DNA of 64,000 nt from Fervidobacterium sp. GTDB taxonomy: Bacteria > Thermotogota > Thermotogae > Thermotogales > Fervidobacteriaceae. Location of the stretch: positions 96,001 to 160,000 of the forward strand of contig JBMFNR010000003.1 of assembly GCA_049970055.1 (NCBI GenBank). The letters run 5' to 3'. Below, one piece after another: positions 1 through 11,129 of the stretch. The notes below the pieces were generated by a model. That model had not been told where the DNA came from, did not search any database, and saw nothing but the letters and a program-made list of their open reading frames with translations. Made by a program: the position numbers and the translations under genes. Each line of letters begins with the position of its first letter. Positions within the stretch are counted from its first letter, which is position 1.

Positions 1-10
1 GTGAATTTTA

Positions 11-19
11 TGATATAAT
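11..19 (+). promoter_or_regulatory. Extended -10 promoter element (TGnTATAAT) for the holB run
   Basis: TGATATAAT at 11-19, upstream of a GGAGGT RBS at 43-48. The -35 position lies outside the window. Confidence 0.6.
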
Positions 20-59
20 TTAATATGACGAATTAATATTGTGGAGGTTTAAAGAAAAG

Positions 60-842
60 ATGATACCGTCTTTACCAAAACTCGATAGAGCGAAAAGCTA
101 TTGCTTAACGGTACACAATGTTCCATATGGTAAGAAAATATTGGAAAGTAAAATATCTGGAAATTTGAATGAAGTAATGTTTCTCGAACCGAAGGATAAC
201 ATTGGTATCGACGAAGTTAGGCAGGCAATAGAATTTCTTGAATCACGTAGTGATAGAAAAATAGTGGTAATCTACGAAGCAGACAAAATGACTCAGGAAG
301 CAGCAAACGCATTTTTAAAAACGCTTGAGGAACCTCCCGAATACGCAACAATTATACTGGTTACTTCGCGATGGAGCGCGATGTTACCAACCATACGAAG
401 TAGAGTTCAGAGGATTTTTGTCCCTATCCAAATTGGTGAAAAGTTTGACGATTTTGAAAAACACATACTGTTTTGGAACTATGACTACATCGAAAGAATT
501 GAAAGTAAAAGCTATACAATCTTATCGGAAGAGGATTTATTGAATGAAAATGCAGATGAACTCGATAAAATTTTCACTCTTAAGCATTTGATAGAAAAGT
601 ATAAAGACGTTTCCTTGGACCAATACGTTAAATTCATATCGCAAATTTCCAAAGTGAACGATTTTAGTTTTCTAAAGTTGACAGCTAAAGTAATCTCTTG
701 GTTTATTTACAACAGTAATTTGAATGCTAATAACAAGTTGAATTATTTAAGGATTTGCGACGAAATTCACAAGAGTAAAGTTGCCAATTTTAATTACCAA
801 CTTACCTATTACGTACTACTTTTATCGATAAAAGAGATATGA
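60..842 (+). CDS. holB: DNA polymerase III delta' subunit (short, divergent form)
   Basis: IGIDEVR, ADKMTQEAANAFLKTLEEPP and LPTIRSR motifs. ATG at 60 follows GGAGGT (ORF track starts at 39). Adjacent to ricT as in Firmicutes. Confidence 0.8.
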   Translation: MIPSLPKLDRAKSYCLTVHNVPYGKKILESKISGNLNEVMFLEPKDNIGIDEVRQAIEFLESRSDRKIVVIYEADKMTQEAANAFLKTLEEPPEYATIILVTSRWSAMLPTIRSRVQRIFVPIQIGEKFDDFEKHILFWNYDYIERIESKSYTILSEEDLLNENADELDKIFTLKHLIEKYKDVSLDQYVKFISQISKVNDFSFLKLTAKVISWFIYNSNLNANNKLNYLRICDEIHKSKVANFNYQLTYYVLLLSIKEI

Positions 843-866
843 AAGCACAAGAAGGAGGCTAATAAA

Positions 867-1763
867 ATGAGTTTTCAAGCAACTGTTTATGGCATTGAAT
901 TGATGCCGATGGGCAAGATAATATATTACGGCGACAATGGTGAGGAATTCAAATATCAAGATTTTGCTATCGTATTGAGTGAGTTTGGCACAGATTATGG
1001 TAAGGTACTCATTGGGCCTAAAGAGATAAGTATCGACGATGTTGATTATGAAATAAAGCAAATCATTCGAAAAGCAACAGAAGAAGATTTAGCAATTATT
1101 GAGAAAAACGAAGAGATTGCAAAAAAAGCGCGAGAAGTAACCATAGATTTGGTAAAAAAACACAACCTTCCTATGAAGATTCTTCAATCGAAATATATAT
1201 TCGATAGAAGTAAGCTTGTTATATATTTTAGCTCTAAAACCCGAGTCGATTTTAGAGAACTTGTAAAAGACATAGCCAGAGAATTTAAAACGCGCATAGA
1301 ACTAAGACAAGTTGGTGTTCGTGATGAAATGAAGTTCATCAAAGGACTCGGGCTTTGTGGCTTAAAAAGTTGTTGTTCTTATTTTTTAAGAGAATTTGAC
1401 AGTATTACCCTGAAACACGCTAAACGTCAGCAGATGATGATTAATACATCAAAGATAACAGGCCCCTGTGGAAGATTGTTATGTTGTCTTATGTATGAAC
1501 ACGATTTCTATATAGAGATGCTCGAAAATATACCTGATGAGGGTTCAACTATATATTACGATGGTAAAATTGCGAAAGTTATAACAGTTAATGTATTTTT
1601 GTCACGAGTTACTCTTCAGACGGATGATGGAGAGATGGTAGCCTTACCATTCTCTTACTTTAAGGAGGGAGAGAATGCGGGAAATTGGAAAGTTATTGAT
1701 CATGGTCGGCGTAATGATTATTATAACGGGCTTGATGATATATCTGATATCGAAGATGAGTGA
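867..1763 (+). CDS. ricT: PSP1-domain / stage 0 sporulation family protein (RicT/YaaT, Fe-S)
   Basis: RVDFRELVKD, RIELRQVGVRDE and Cys motifs GLCGLKSCC / GPCGRLLCCL. AGGAGG RBS. Confidence 0.85.
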   Translation: MSFQATVYGIELMPMGKIIYYGDNGEEFKYQDFAIVLSEFGTDYGKVLIGPKEISIDDVDYEIKQIIRKATEEDLAIIEKNEEIAKKAREVTIDLVKKHNLPMKILQSKYIFDRSKLVIYFSSKTRVDFRELVKDIAREFKTRIELRQVGVRDEMKFIKGLGLCGLKSCCSYFLREFDSITLKHAKRQQMMINTSKITGPCGRLLCCLMYEHDFYIEMLENIPDEGSTIYYDGKIAKVITVNVFLSRVTLQTDDGEMVALPFSYFKEGENAGNWKVIDHGRRNDYYNGLDDISDIEDE

Positions 1764-1896
1764 TTTTAAAGGACTGCCAGGTGACATAATTATTAGAAAA
1801 AAAAATTTTGTACTTATCTTTCCAATAACAACAATGGTAATATTGAGTATTGTATTTACTATTGTGCTAAACATAATATCAAAGTTTTTTAAATAA
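1675..1896 (+). CDS. DUF2905-like small membrane protein
   Basis: Two hydrophobic helices around a GLPGDI..FPITT motif. Own AGGAGG RBS inside ricT. Confidence 0.75.
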   Translation: MREIGKLLIMVGVMIIITGLMIYLISKMSDFKGLPGDIIIRKKNFVLIFPITTMVILSIVFTIVLNIISKFFK

Positions 1897-1907
1897 CTAA
1901 GGGGGAG

Positions 1908-3359
1908 ATGGGGATGTACGTAGGATTAGATCAAGGTACAACGAGCACGAGAGCAATATTATTCGATGAAGATTTCAATATGCTCCATGAGGCAAGAAGA
2001 GAATTCAAGCAGATTTATCCCAAAGAAGGTTGGGTGGAGCACAACCCAGAGGAGATCTGGCAAACTGTTGTTGAGGTGCTTGAGGAGTGTAAACGAGTCG
2101 CAGAAGCTAAGGGCGGGAAAATAAAAGCAATAGGCATAACTAATCAAAGGGAGACAATCGTCGCGTGGAATGAACAAGAAAAAAAAGTTCTTTACAATGC
2201 CATAGTTTGGCAGTGTAGAAGGACAGCTGAACGATCAAACCAAATCCGAAAAGAATACGGAAATATTATAAAGAAAAAGACTGGGCTTGTTGTAGATCCA
2301 TACTTTTCGGCAACGAAAATTGAATGGTTGCTCAACAACGTAGAAGATGTAAAACTGGCGGCCAATAGAGGTACTCTAAGATTTGGAACTATAGACTCGT
2401 TTCTGGCATGGAGACTAACAGGAAAGCATGTGACAGATTATTCAAACGCTTCAAGAACCATGCTTTTTAACATACATGACTTAAATTGGGATGATGAATT
2501 ATTAGAACTTTTCGGTATAAAAAAAGAATTTCTACCAATAGTAGTTGACACTGCGCAATACATTGGTGAAACACAGGACGGTGTTCCGGTTGCCTCATTA
2601 GTTGGTGATCAGCAAGCAGCATTGTTTGGTCAAACTGCATTTGAGCAAGGGGATGTGAAATGCACACTTGGTACGGGGAGTTTTGTGTTAATGAACACGG
2701 GTAATAATATCATCGATTCACAACAAAATTTACTGAGTACAATTGGATGGAAAATAAGAAATGAAATAGTTTACGCACTTGAGGGTAGTGTATTTATCAC
2801 GGGAACACTCGTAAATTATCTTATCAAAAATTTAGGGTTCGCAAAAGATAGTGCGGAATTAACTGAACTTGCATTGCAGGTTGGAAACAACGGAGGTATA
2901 TACTTTGTACCTGCGTTTACTGGGCTTGGTGCACCATATTGGGATCCATTTGCAAGGGGTTTGATAATAGGCCTTACACCAGGTACAGACAAAAGGCACA
3001 TAATTTACTCAGCATTTGAGGGAATCGCTTTCTCTGTTGGTCAACTTGTGATGTTGATGGAAAAAGAGAGTAATATTAAAATAAAGACACTTAAAGTTGA
3101 CGGTGGTGTTTCAAAGAATAACTTGATAATGCAAATTTTGTCTGATGTGGTGAGAACAGTTGTTGAAAGACCTGTTAATAGGGAAACAACAGCTCTTGGT
3201 GCCGCAAGCCTTGCAGCAATTGCAATGGGATGGCTTGATAAAGATAAATTAAGTCAAATAAGGAAAATAGACAGAATATTCACACCAAAGGATAATCGTG
3301 AGGAGGAGTTTAATACGTGGAAGCAGGCAATAAATCGATCATTGAACTGGGCATCTTAA
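1908..3359 (+). CDS. glpK: Glycerol kinase
   Basis: DQGTTSTR, GITNQRET, VWQCRRT, DPYFSATK, GDQQAALFGQ and PAFTGLGAPYW motifs. Confidence 0.92.
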   Translation: MGMYVGLDQGTTSTRAILFDEDFNMLHEARREFKQIYPKEGWVEHNPEEIWQTVVEVLEECKRVAEAKGGKIKAIGITNQRETIVAWNEQEKKVLYNAIVWQCRRTAERSNQIRKEYGNIIKKKTGLVVDPYFSATKIEWLLNNVEDVKLAANRGTLRFGTIDSFLAWRLTGKHVTDYSNASRTMLFNIHDLNWDDELLELFGIKKEFLPIVVDTAQYIGETQDGVPVASLVGDQQAALFGQTAFEQGDVKCTLGTGSFVLMNTGNNIIDSQQNLLSTIGWKIRNEIVYALEGSVFITGTLVNYLIKNLGFAKDSAELTELALQVGNNGGIYFVPAFTGLGAPYWDPFARGLIIGLTPGTDKRHIIYSAFEGIAFSVGQLVMLMEKESNIKIKTLKVDGGVSKNNLIMQILSDVVRTVVERPVNRETTALGAASLAAIAMGWLDKDKLSQIRKIDRIFTPKDNREEEFNTWKQAINRSLNWAS

Positions 3360-3790
3360 GTGAAATAGAACTGGTAAAAAACGCAGAAGTTTTGGCAAAA
3401 TGCCTTAGAGAGGGTGACATATTAATACTTTCAGGTGAAATTGGCACTGGAAAGACTACATTTGTCAGAGGTATTGTCCAAGGATTGGGTTGTAATCCGA
3501 TGATTGTTACAAGCCCAACTTTTACTTTGATGAACGTTTATACATGTGAAAAGACTATTTACCATCTTGATGCCTACAGATTAAAAAGTGTAGAGGATAT
3601 TTTTTATATACTTGAAGGTGAATTAGAGGAAAATGAGGCAATTTTCATAATTGAATGGGGTGAATTGGTGGAAAGATTTTTCAATAAGGGAACAATTAAT
3701 ATCCGATTTGAGCACGTCAATGAAATTCATAGAAAAGTTACCATACTAGCATCAGAAGACGTGATACATAGACTAAGGAGGTGTTTTTAA
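3317..3790 (+). CDS. tsaE: tRNA t6A biosynthesis ATPase TsaE
   Basis: GEIGTGKTT P-loop, VTSPTF, HLDAYRL and IIEW. GTG start after GAGGAGG; overlaps glpK by 43 nt. Confidence 0.92.
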   Translation: MEAGNKSIIELGILSEIELVKNAEVLAKCLREGDILILSGEIGTGKTTFVRGIVQGLGCNPMIVTSPTFTLMNVYTCEKTIYHLDAYRLKSVEDIFYILEGELEENEAIFIIEWGELVERFFNKGTINIRFEHVNEIHRKVTILASEDVIHRLRRCF

Positions 3791-6235
3791 TTGTCGAAGA
3801 AAAAAAATGAAGAAAAATCGTTGGAAAAAAATAGGTACAAAAGGCTTGATTATGAAGCTAAAAAGACTCAGCAAGAAAGAATTTCAATCCCCAACGTGCT
3901 TCCCGCCATTGCAATGCGAAGTAATATGGTTATATTTCCCAATACAGTTGTGCCATTTTATGTTGGGCGTGAAATTTCCCTCATGGCTCTTGAAGAAGCT
4001 ATGGAAAAAACAAATAACCTTGTCTTCGTAGTTAATCAAAAAGATCCAGCAGTTGAGAATCCTACGGAGAAAGATCTTTACAAAATTGGGACAGTAGTTC
4101 GTATTATACAAGTTGGTAAATTGCCAGACGAGACATTCAAAGTATTAGTTGAAGGTATCGCACGTGCAAAATGGCTGAAAAATGTGGGGGAAAAATTTCT
4201 TAAGTTTGAGATAGAACTCCTACGAGCACGTTATGGGAAATCGAAAAGGCTTATAGCATTGATGAGAATGGTAAAAGAAGAGTTACACAAATACGTACAA
4301 TATTCAAGAAAAATTCCACCAGAAACGTTGATGTTGTTGGAAGACGTTGATAACCCTGATGTTTTCGCAGACATAGCAGCATCACTTTGTCCGGGAAGTA
4401 TAGAAGAAAAACAAGAGTTACTCGAAATGGTCCATCCTGCCAACAGGCTCGAGAAAGTCTTAGACATTCTAGCTAGGGAAACAGAATTACTTGAGATAGA
4501 ACAACAACTTGATCAAAAAGTGAAAGAGAGGATAGAAAAATCTCAAAGGGAATATTATCTAAGAGAAAAACTAAGGGTTATTCGTGACGAACTTGGCGGA
4601 GAAGAAGATGTCGAAATCAGAGAGATAAAGGAGAAAATTGAAAATGGAAACTATCCTGATTTTGTAAAGGAAAAAGCAAAAGCTGAATTGAATAGACTGG
4701 AGAAAATGTCTCCTTACGCACCGGAGGCAAGTGTCGTAAGAACTTATTTAGACTGGATACTGAGTTTACCGTGGTTTGAAAGAACAGAGGATACAGAAGA
4801 CATCCAATTTGCTGAGAAAGTACTGAACGAAGATCACTTCGGTCTTGAGGAACCAAAAAGAAGGATACTAGAATACCTTGCTACAAGAAAAGTATCGGAT
4901 AAAGCAAAGGCTCCTATCATTTGTTTCGTTGGACCACCAGGTGTTGGTAAGACGTCTCTTGCAAAATCGATTGCACGCGCTATGAACCGTAAGTTTGGAC
5001 GTATGTCTCTGGGCGGTCTGAGAGATGAAGCAGAAATCAGAGGCCACAGGCGTACTTACGTTGGTGCACTTCCGGGTAGAATTATTCAGCTTATAAGAAA
5101 GGTGGGAGTTAAAAATCCAGTTATTTTACTTGATGAAATCGACAAAATGGGTATTAGTTTTCAAGGTGACCCTGCTTCTGCTCTTTTGGAGGTACTGGAC
5201 CCAGAACAAAATAAGGAATTTGTTGACCATTACATAGAGTTACCGTTTGATCTTTCAGAAGTTCTCTTTGTGACTACTGCGAATGTATTGTATACAATAC
5301 CCCATGCTTTGAGAGATAGGATGGAAGTCATTGAGATATCAAGTTACACGGATGTTGAAAAGTTCTACATAGCCAAGAATTACATAATACCAAGGGTAAA
5401 ATCGGAATTTGTTGAAAGCGCAGATAAAATATTTACTTTCAAAGACAATGCGATAAAAAAGGTCATAAATGAATACACTATGGAACCTGGGGTTCGAGAA
5501 CTTGAAAGAGAGATAAGAAGTATCGTGAGAAAAGCTACGTTAGAATATGTTAAAACATCAAAAACTGTTGTTATAACTCCGGAAAAAATAAGAGAATATC
5601 TTGGACCTAGTAAGATTCGAGAAGAAGATAAACTTGAAAAGCCTATGATTGGTGTTGCAACAGGTCTTGCATGGACACCAAATGGAGGTACAACACTCTA
5701 CATAGAATCAACACTCATTCCTGGTAACGGTGGACTGATTATCACTGGTCAATTAGGCGATGTTATGAAAGAATCTGTGCGAATAGCACTTAGCCTTGCA
5801 AGAAAAATGGCTGGCGATGAACATACGGAGAAATTTGTTAAACACGATATACACGTTCATGTACCAGAAGGTGCGGTTCCCAAAGACGGACCAAGTGCCG
5901 GAATAACGATAACAACAGCCTTGATTTCTGTTATAAAAGACATACCGATCAGAAATGATGTTGCGATGACCGGTGAAATTACGCTTCGAGGAAGAGTCTT
6001 ACCCGTTGGTGGAATAAAAGAAAAGGTCATAGCTGCCTACCGAAAAGGTATATACCATGTGATCTTACCAAAGAAGAACGAAGTTGATATTGAAAAAGTT
6101 CCAGAAGAAGTTCAAAGTAAGATGAAATTCACGTTTGTGGAAACAATTGAAGAAGTGCTGGAGGTGGCATTGTATGAAAACATTGCCAAAAATAGTAGAA
6201 AAGGTAGAACTCGTAAAAGTGATAGCAAAGCTTGA
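3791..6235 (+). CDS. lon: ATP-dependent Lon protease
   Basis: LON N-domain, Walker A GPPGVGKT, catalytic Ser in PKDGPSAG and Lys in VGGIKEK. TTG start after AAGGAGGTG. Confidence 0.96.
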   Translation: MSKKKNEEKSLEKNRYKRLDYEAKKTQQERISIPNVLPAIAMRSNMVIFPNTVVPFYVGREISLMALEEAMEKTNNLVFVVNQKDPAVENPTEKDLYKIGTVVRIIQVGKLPDETFKVLVEGIARAKWLKNVGEKFLKFEIELLRARYGKSKRLIALMRMVKEELHKYVQYSRKIPPETLMLLEDVDNPDVFADIAASLCPGSIEEKQELLEMVHPANRLEKVLDILARETELLEIEQQLDQKVKERIEKSQREYYLREKLRVIRDELGGEEDVEIREIKEKIENGNYPDFVKEKAKAELNRLEKMSPYAPEASVVRTYLDWILSLPWFERTEDTEDIQFAEKVLNEDHFGLEEPKRRILEYLATRKVSDKAKAPIICFVGPPGVGKTSLAKSIARAMNRKFGRMSLGGLRDEAEIRGHRRTYVGALPGRIIQLIRKVGVKNPVILLDEIDKMGISFQGDPASALLEVLDPEQNKEFVDHYIELPFDLSEVLFVTTANVLYTIPHALRDRMEVIEISSYTDVEKFYIAKNYIIPRVKSEFVESADKIFTFKDNAIKKVINEYTMEPGVRELEREIRSIVRKATLEYVKTSKTVVITPEKIREYLGPSKIREEDKLEKPMIGVATGLAWTPNGGTTLYIESTLIPGNGGLIITGQLGDVMKESVRIALSLARKMAGDEHTEKFVKHDIHVHVPEGAVPKDGPSAGITITTALISVIKDIPIRNDVAMTGEITLRGRVLPVGGIKEKVIAAYRKGIYHVILPKKNEVDIEKVPEEVQSKMKFTFVETIEEVLEVALYENIAKNSRKGRTRKSDSKA

Positions 6236-6791
6236 TGATAAATTTCCACCTCCCCTTGGTGGTGAGTACACATTTGTTGGCAGATCAAATGTCGGGAAAT
6301 CTAGTCTTCTTAACGCACTTGTTGGGAGAATGGTTGCATTTGTAAGCAAAAATCCAGGCAAAACACGAACGATAAATTATTTCTTAGTTAACAACAACTT
6401 TTATTTAGTTGATCTACCTGGTTACGGTTACGCAAGAACTTCAAAAAAAGACAGAGAAGAATGGAAAAAAATTATCGATAGATATTTTCGTGAGCGTTCT
6501 TGGAATATGAAAGTGATGTTTTCTCTCATTGACTCAAGACATGAGCTAATGGAAAGTGATGCACAATTGCTTGACTGGATCCAAATAATAGGTGTCAAAC
6601 CGGTCGTGATATTGACAAAAATAGACAAATTAAGTATTTCTGAACGAGAGAAGCAATTAAGATATTTTGAAAATATCTTACTCGACTATGGTATTGATAG
6701 GATAATTCCTTGCTCCAGCTTGACAAAGGAAGGCCTTGATAAGGTGTGGAATGTTATATTAGAAGCTTTAAACGGAGGTTTGAAGAGATGA
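6174..6791 (+). CDS. engB: Ribosome biogenesis GTPase EngB/YihA/YsxC
   Basis: GRSNVGKSS, PGKT, DLPGYG and TKID motifs; lon-engB synteny. ATG at 6174 after GGAGGTG (ORF track starts at 6135). Confidence 0.92.
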   Translation: MKTLPKIVEKVELVKVIAKLDDKFPPPLGGEYTFVGRSNVGKSSLLNALVGRMVAFVSKNPGKTRTINYFLVNNNFYLVDLPGYGYARTSKKDREEWKKIIDRYFRERSWNMKVMFSLIDSRHELMESDAQLLDWIQIIGVKPVVILTKIDKLSISEREKQLRYFENILLDYGIDRIIPCSSLTKEGLDKVWNVILEALNGGLKR

Positions 6792-8416
6792 TAAGAAAAG
6801 AAATTGAAAATCTTTTAAAAAGCTTTTTAATGGAGAGTAGCTACGAGTACGATTTTGTAGTGGAAATCCCAGAGGAACAATACGGAGATTTTTCAACAAA
6901 TATTGCCCTTGTGGGTGCCAAACATTTTAAGAAAGCTCCACGCGATGTTGCAAAGTACTTTATTGAAAAATTAGCTGGTCATCCCATGTTTGAGGAGATT
7001 TCAATAGCAGGTCCAGGATTCATTAATTTTAGAGTTTCGAAGTCCTTTTATAGAGATTTTTTAGACGCTTTCTTAAGAAATCCAAAAAGTATTTGGAGAT
7101 TCAAAAACAAAGGAAAAATTTTACTTGAATATGGTAGTGCAAATCCTACGGGACCTCTGACGGTAGGGCACGGTAGACAAATCGTTATCGGAGATGTATT
7201 AGGTAACATTCTTAGTTACATGGGTTACGATGTAACAAAAGAAATGTACCTCAACGATGCTGGAAGGCAAATTAAATTGCTTGCAAAATCTGTCTGGGCA
7301 AGGTACCAACAGTTACTTGGGAAAGATGAACCAATCCCAGAGGATGGTTACAGAGGAGAATACGTAATTGATATTGCAAGAAAAGTGTTGAAAGAACAAG
7401 GCGAGAGATTTGACGGTATATGGAATAGTGAAGTTGAGGAAATATTCAAACAATACGCCTTGGAAGAGATAACAAAGATGTTTGACATTACACTTGAGAT
7501 GATTGGTGCGCATTTCGATAGCGTTTTCAGTGAGAAGAGTCTGATTGACGATGGTACCGTTGATGAGGTCTTAAACATACTTAATAGGAAAGGTTTAACT
7601 TACGAGCATGAAGGAGCTCTGTGGTTTAGAGTCTCCGATTTTGTGAACGATAACGATAAGGTACTTATAAAAAGTGATGGCAGCTATACGTATTTTCTTA
7701 CAGATATTGCGTATCATTACAAGAAATTCAAAAGAAGATACGATCATGCGATAGATATATTTGGTAGCGATCACCATGGTCACATCCCTCGTATGGAAGC
7801 AGCAATGAAAGCACTTAGTATTCCCGATGATTTTCTTGTTTTTGTTCTACACCAATTCGTTACGCTTAAAAGAGGAAATGAAGTTGTTAAGATGAGTACA
7901 AGGGCAGGGGAATTCGTTACCGTTGATGAATTGATAAGCGAAGTTGGTAAAGATGCGACAAGATATTTCTTTGCGATGGTAGATGTTAACACGCATCTGA
8001 ACTTTGATCTCGAATTGGCAAAATCGCAGACAAGCGAGAACCCGGTTTACTATGTTCAGTATGCTCATGCAAGAATCTCCAGTCTTTTTGAAAATGCAGC
8101 TTCAAAAGGGATAAAATTCAGATTGCATGATAATATAGAGCTTCTAAAAGAAGAGAGTGAAATGAAGATTATAAAATTGATATCATCGTTTGATGATGTT
8201 TTAGAGAGAGCTAAGGATAAACTTTCACCACATTACTTAACGGATTATCTAGAAGAACTTGCATCGTTATTCCACAAATACTACGCAGAACACAAGATCG
8301 TTGATTCAGAGAACGAAGAACTTTCGAATGCAAGATTAAATTTAGCATTCGCAGTGAAAATAATACTAGCTGAGGGATTAAATTTACTTGGTGTTAGTGC
8401 GCCTGAGAAGATGTAA
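6788..8416 (+). CDS. argS: Arginine--tRNA ligase
   Basis: GDFSTN, AGPGFINF, SANPTGPLTVGHGR, KMSTRAG and YYVQYAHAR. ATG at 6788 after GGAGG. Confidence 0.95.
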   Translation: MIRKEIENLLKSFLMESSYEYDFVVEIPEEQYGDFSTNIALVGAKHFKKAPRDVAKYFIEKLAGHPMFEEISIAGPGFINFRVSKSFYRDFLDAFLRNPKSIWRFKNKGKILLEYGSANPTGPLTVGHGRQIVIGDVLGNILSYMGYDVTKEMYLNDAGRQIKLLAKSVWARYQQLLGKDEPIPEDGYRGEYVIDIARKVLKEQGERFDGIWNSEVEEIFKQYALEEITKMFDITLEMIGAHFDSVFSEKSLIDDGTVDEVLNILNRKGLTYEHEGALWFRVSDFVNDNDKVLIKSDGSYTYFLTDIAYHYKKFKRRYDHAIDIFGSDHHGHIPRMEAAMKALSIPDDFLVFVLHQFVTLKRGNEVVKMSTRAGEFVTVDELISEVGKDATRYFFAMVDVNTHLNFDLELAKSQTSENPVYYVQYAHARISSLFENAASKGIKFRLHDNIELLKEESEMKIIKLISSFDDVLERAKDKLSPHYLTDYLEELASLFHKYYAEHKIVDSENEELSNARLNLAFAVKIILAEGLNLLGVSAPEKM

Positions 8417-8447
8417 ATTCCCAAAAGACTGAAGCGGGGGTAGTCTA

Positions 8448-9848
8448 ATGGAGATACAGCAATTACTCTCAAAGTACATGTTAGAAATTGCAAAAGTAGA
8501 TAACGAAAATTCTCTATACTTAGCTCTTGCAGAGATACTCGGAAAAGTTATAGAATTTAAGGTTCTAAATGTTTTTCAGCAAAAGGACGTCATTGTGTCA
8601 GTTCCAGAAGGTGAGTACATTCAGTATGAATTGTTCTCAGATTATCTAACATGGGTTCAGGAAAGATTATATCCAACTTTCCTACCTTTGGAAAATGGTT
8701 ATATTGGTCTGATTCCTGTTTTCAAGGGCAAGAATGTACTTGCAACAATTGCCATCCAAACAAATGTTGAACCCACGGCAGAGGTAATTGATTACGTTCA
8801 GTTGCTTTCTTATCTTTCCGGAGTAACACTTGAAAACCTAAGACTTCTTGATTTTATTGATCGAGCAAGAGAATACTTTGAAAGCATAATTAATCTTTCA
8901 AACGATGGTGTTTTAGTATTGAATACATACAATGAAATAGAATTCAGAAATAGCAAAGCAAAGGAAATACTTGAGAATACTAGAGACATACATAATGAGA
9001 TAGTCGAGCACATAATTAAAAATGAAGAGTTCTTCGAGATTGACAAGGGCAGCTTGTTTTTCAGTGTTTCCGTAAAAGAAGTCGAGCTTCTTGGTGAAAG
9101 AAAGATTCTTGTAAACATACGTAACATAACGTCAGAGAAGGAAGTTCAAAAATTAAGAGAACTTGACAAGATAAAAACTAATTTTATAGCCAACATCTCT
9201 CATGAATTGAGGACACCTCTTGCTGCTATAAAAGCTTATACGGAAACATTGTTGAGCATGCCAATGAACGAAGAAGAAAGTAAAGAATTTTTGAAAATCG
9301 TGTATAATCAATCTTTACGTTTGGAGGAGCTACTTAATGATTTGCTTGATTTTTCACAGTTGGAATCGCATGCTATGAAGATAATAAAAGAGAATGTAGT
9401 ATTGTGTGATATTATAAAAATCTCTGTTGAGACAGTCTTAAATATGGCGAGAGAGAAAGGTGTTAATATAAATTACGACTGCCCTCAGTTAGAGATCAGA
9501 TGTGATAAAAAACGCTTACAACAGGTACTTGTTAACTTGTTAACTAACGCTGTAAAGTTTTCAGATCCCCGAAAAGAAGAAAAGATTGTGAATGTAAGTA
9601 TACGTGAAAAAGAGAATGATGTAGAGATAACCGTTGAAGATAACGGTATCGGTATTCCTGAAGATAAAACCGATAAGATTTTTGAAAAATTTTACAGAGT
9701 TGACAACGAGTTAACTTATTCAGTTCCTGGAACGGGTCTTGGATTGGCAATTGCTAAGGAAATCGTAGAGATGCATGGTGGAAAAATTTCTGTTGAATCT
9801 AAGCTTGGTGAATATACAAAATTTATCGTTTCTCTACCTAAATCATGA
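8448..9848 (+). CDS. Cytoplasmic sensor histidine kinase (GAF/PAS-like, HisKA, HATPase_c)
   Basis: H-box SHELRTPL, N-box NLLTNAVKF, G1 DNGIGI, F-box IFEKFYRV, G2 GTGLGL. No obvious transmembrane helix. Confidence 0.9.
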   Translation: MEIQQLLSKYMLEIAKVDNENSLYLALAEILGKVIEFKVLNVFQQKDVIVSVPEGEYIQYELFSDYLTWVQERLYPTFLPLENGYIGLIPVFKGKNVLATIAIQTNVEPTAEVIDYVQLLSYLSGVTLENLRLLDFIDRAREYFESIINLSNDGVLVLNTYNEIEFRNSKAKEILENTRDIHNEIVEHIIKNEEFFEIDKGSLFFSVSVKEVELLGERKILVNIRNITSEKEVQKLRELDKIKTNFIANISHELRTPLAAIKAYTETLLSMPMNEEESKEFLKIVYNQSLRLEELLNDLLDFSQLESHAMKIIKENVVLCDIIKISVETVLNMAREKGVNINYDCPQLEIRCDKKRLQQVLVNLLTNAVKFSDPRKEEKIVNVSIREKENDVEITVEDNGIGIPEDKTDKIFEKFYRVDNELTYSVPGTGLGLAIAKEIVEMHGGKISVESKLGEYTKFIVSLPKS

Positions 9849-9861
9849 TTATAAAGGCGGT

Positions 9862-10734
9862 ATGAGTTGGATGATTAAAGAACTTATAACAACTGTAAGT
9901 GAAATACCAACACCAGATATCATTGTACAGCAAATCATATCGACTGCTTCCAACCCAAACTCAAGTGTTAAAGACCTTGAAAAAACTATTTCTATGGATG
10001 TTGGACTTTCAGCAAAAATACTAAAGCTTGTTAATTCCGCATATTATGCGTTACCTCGCAAGATTACAAAACTTAGCGAAGCTATAGTGATAGTAGGATT
10101 TAAGACAGTTAGAAACCTTGCACTGAGCGTTTTTACATATTCGGCACTTCATTCAAAAGTTACATTTATAGACCACGACAAGCTTTGGTCACATTTCATG
10201 TCAACAGCAATATTCTCAGAACAGATAGCAAAGGATATAGGCTACATGAACCGTGAAGAAGTTTTCCTGGCAGGATTGATGCATGATATTGGAAAACTTG
10301 CTATAGATTTACTGCTACCAGCATATATATTTGAACTATCAAAGGTAAGTAAAGAACTTTCAAAACCGATGTTTCTGATTGAATATGAAAACAAATTTGA
10401 AACACACTCAGAGATAGGAGAAGAACTTTTGAGACATTGGAAATTTCCTGATGAGTACATATCGGTTGCGTTACTTCATGAAAAGCCATCAGTCAATCCG
10501 AATAATCCTTACATAGAAATGGTATGTATTGTTCACCTTGCAAATATGTTTTCTAACATATTTCTTCCTGGTGCTTCACTTTCGTTCGGCGAGCCATACT
10601 TGGATCCTATTACTTTCAAGATCTTGGGAATCAAACCATCAAGATTGGAAGTGTTATACCATGAACTTGAGATTGTTATGAACAAATCCAAAGATATAAT
10701 TTACGGAGGTGTTGAAGATGAAGCAAGAGTATAA
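9862..10734 (+). CDS. HDOD domain protein
   Basis: LSAKILKLVNSAYY, AIVIVG and AGLMHDIGK motifs. Start probably 9862 or 9871 (ORF track starts at 9775). Confidence 0.88.
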   Translation: MSWMIKELITTVSEIPTPDIIVQQIISTASNPNSSVKDLEKTISMDVGLSAKILKLVNSAYYALPRKITKLSEAIVIVGFKTVRNLALSVFTYSALHSKVTFIDHDKLWSHFMSTAIFSEQIAKDIGYMNREEVFLAGLMHDIGKLAIDLLLPAYIFELSKVSKELSKPMFLIEYENKFETHSEIGEELLRHWKFPDEYISVALLHEKPSVNPNNPYIEMVCIVHLANMFSNIFLPGASLSFGEPYLDPITFKILGIKPSRLEVLYHELEIVMNKSKDIIYGGVEDEARV

Positions 10735-11095
10735 GCTTAGGATGTTAGAGTCTGAAATTAGAAAAGTCCTATCCGAAGCATTGATAGAAATGAAGGATCC
10801 TAAGATAGATCCTGTAAAATCTTTAATCACAATTTCTAGAGTCGAAGTATCAAAAGATAAAAGATACGCAGATGTATACGTAAGTGTTCTCGGAGACGAG
10901 AGTAAGCGAAAAGAAATAGTCGAATACTTCGAGGAAAAAAAGGGCTATTTTAGAACGTATATAGCAAAAAATATAAGAATGTATACTGCTCCTGAATTGA
11001 GCTTCAAGGAAGACAAGGGCATAGAAGCGACGGTTAGAATAGGACGATTGTTGGATTCCATTAAAGAAACAAAGAAAAGTGGCGATAATGAATAA
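10718..11095 (+). CDS. rbfA: 30S ribosome-binding factor A
   Basis: KDP..ITISRVEVSKD..YADVYVS and MYTAPELSFKED. ATG at 10718 after GGAGGTG. Confidence 0.9.
   Translation: MKQEYKLRMLESEIRKVLSEALIEMKDPKIDPVKSLITISRVEVSKDKRYADVYVSVLGDESKRKEIVEYFEEKKGYFRTYIAKNIRMYTAPELSFKEDKGIEATVRIGRLLDSIKETKKSGDNE
11062..11088 (+). promoter_or_regulatory. Putative sigma-28 (FliA) promoter for flaG-fliD, inside rbfA
   Basis: TAAA(11062-65)-N15-GGCGATAA(11081-88) versus consensus TAAA-N15-GCCGATAA. Confidence 0.65.
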
Positions 11096-11129
11096 GGTAA
11101 ATACTACTCTCTTGTTGGGGGCGGATGCT

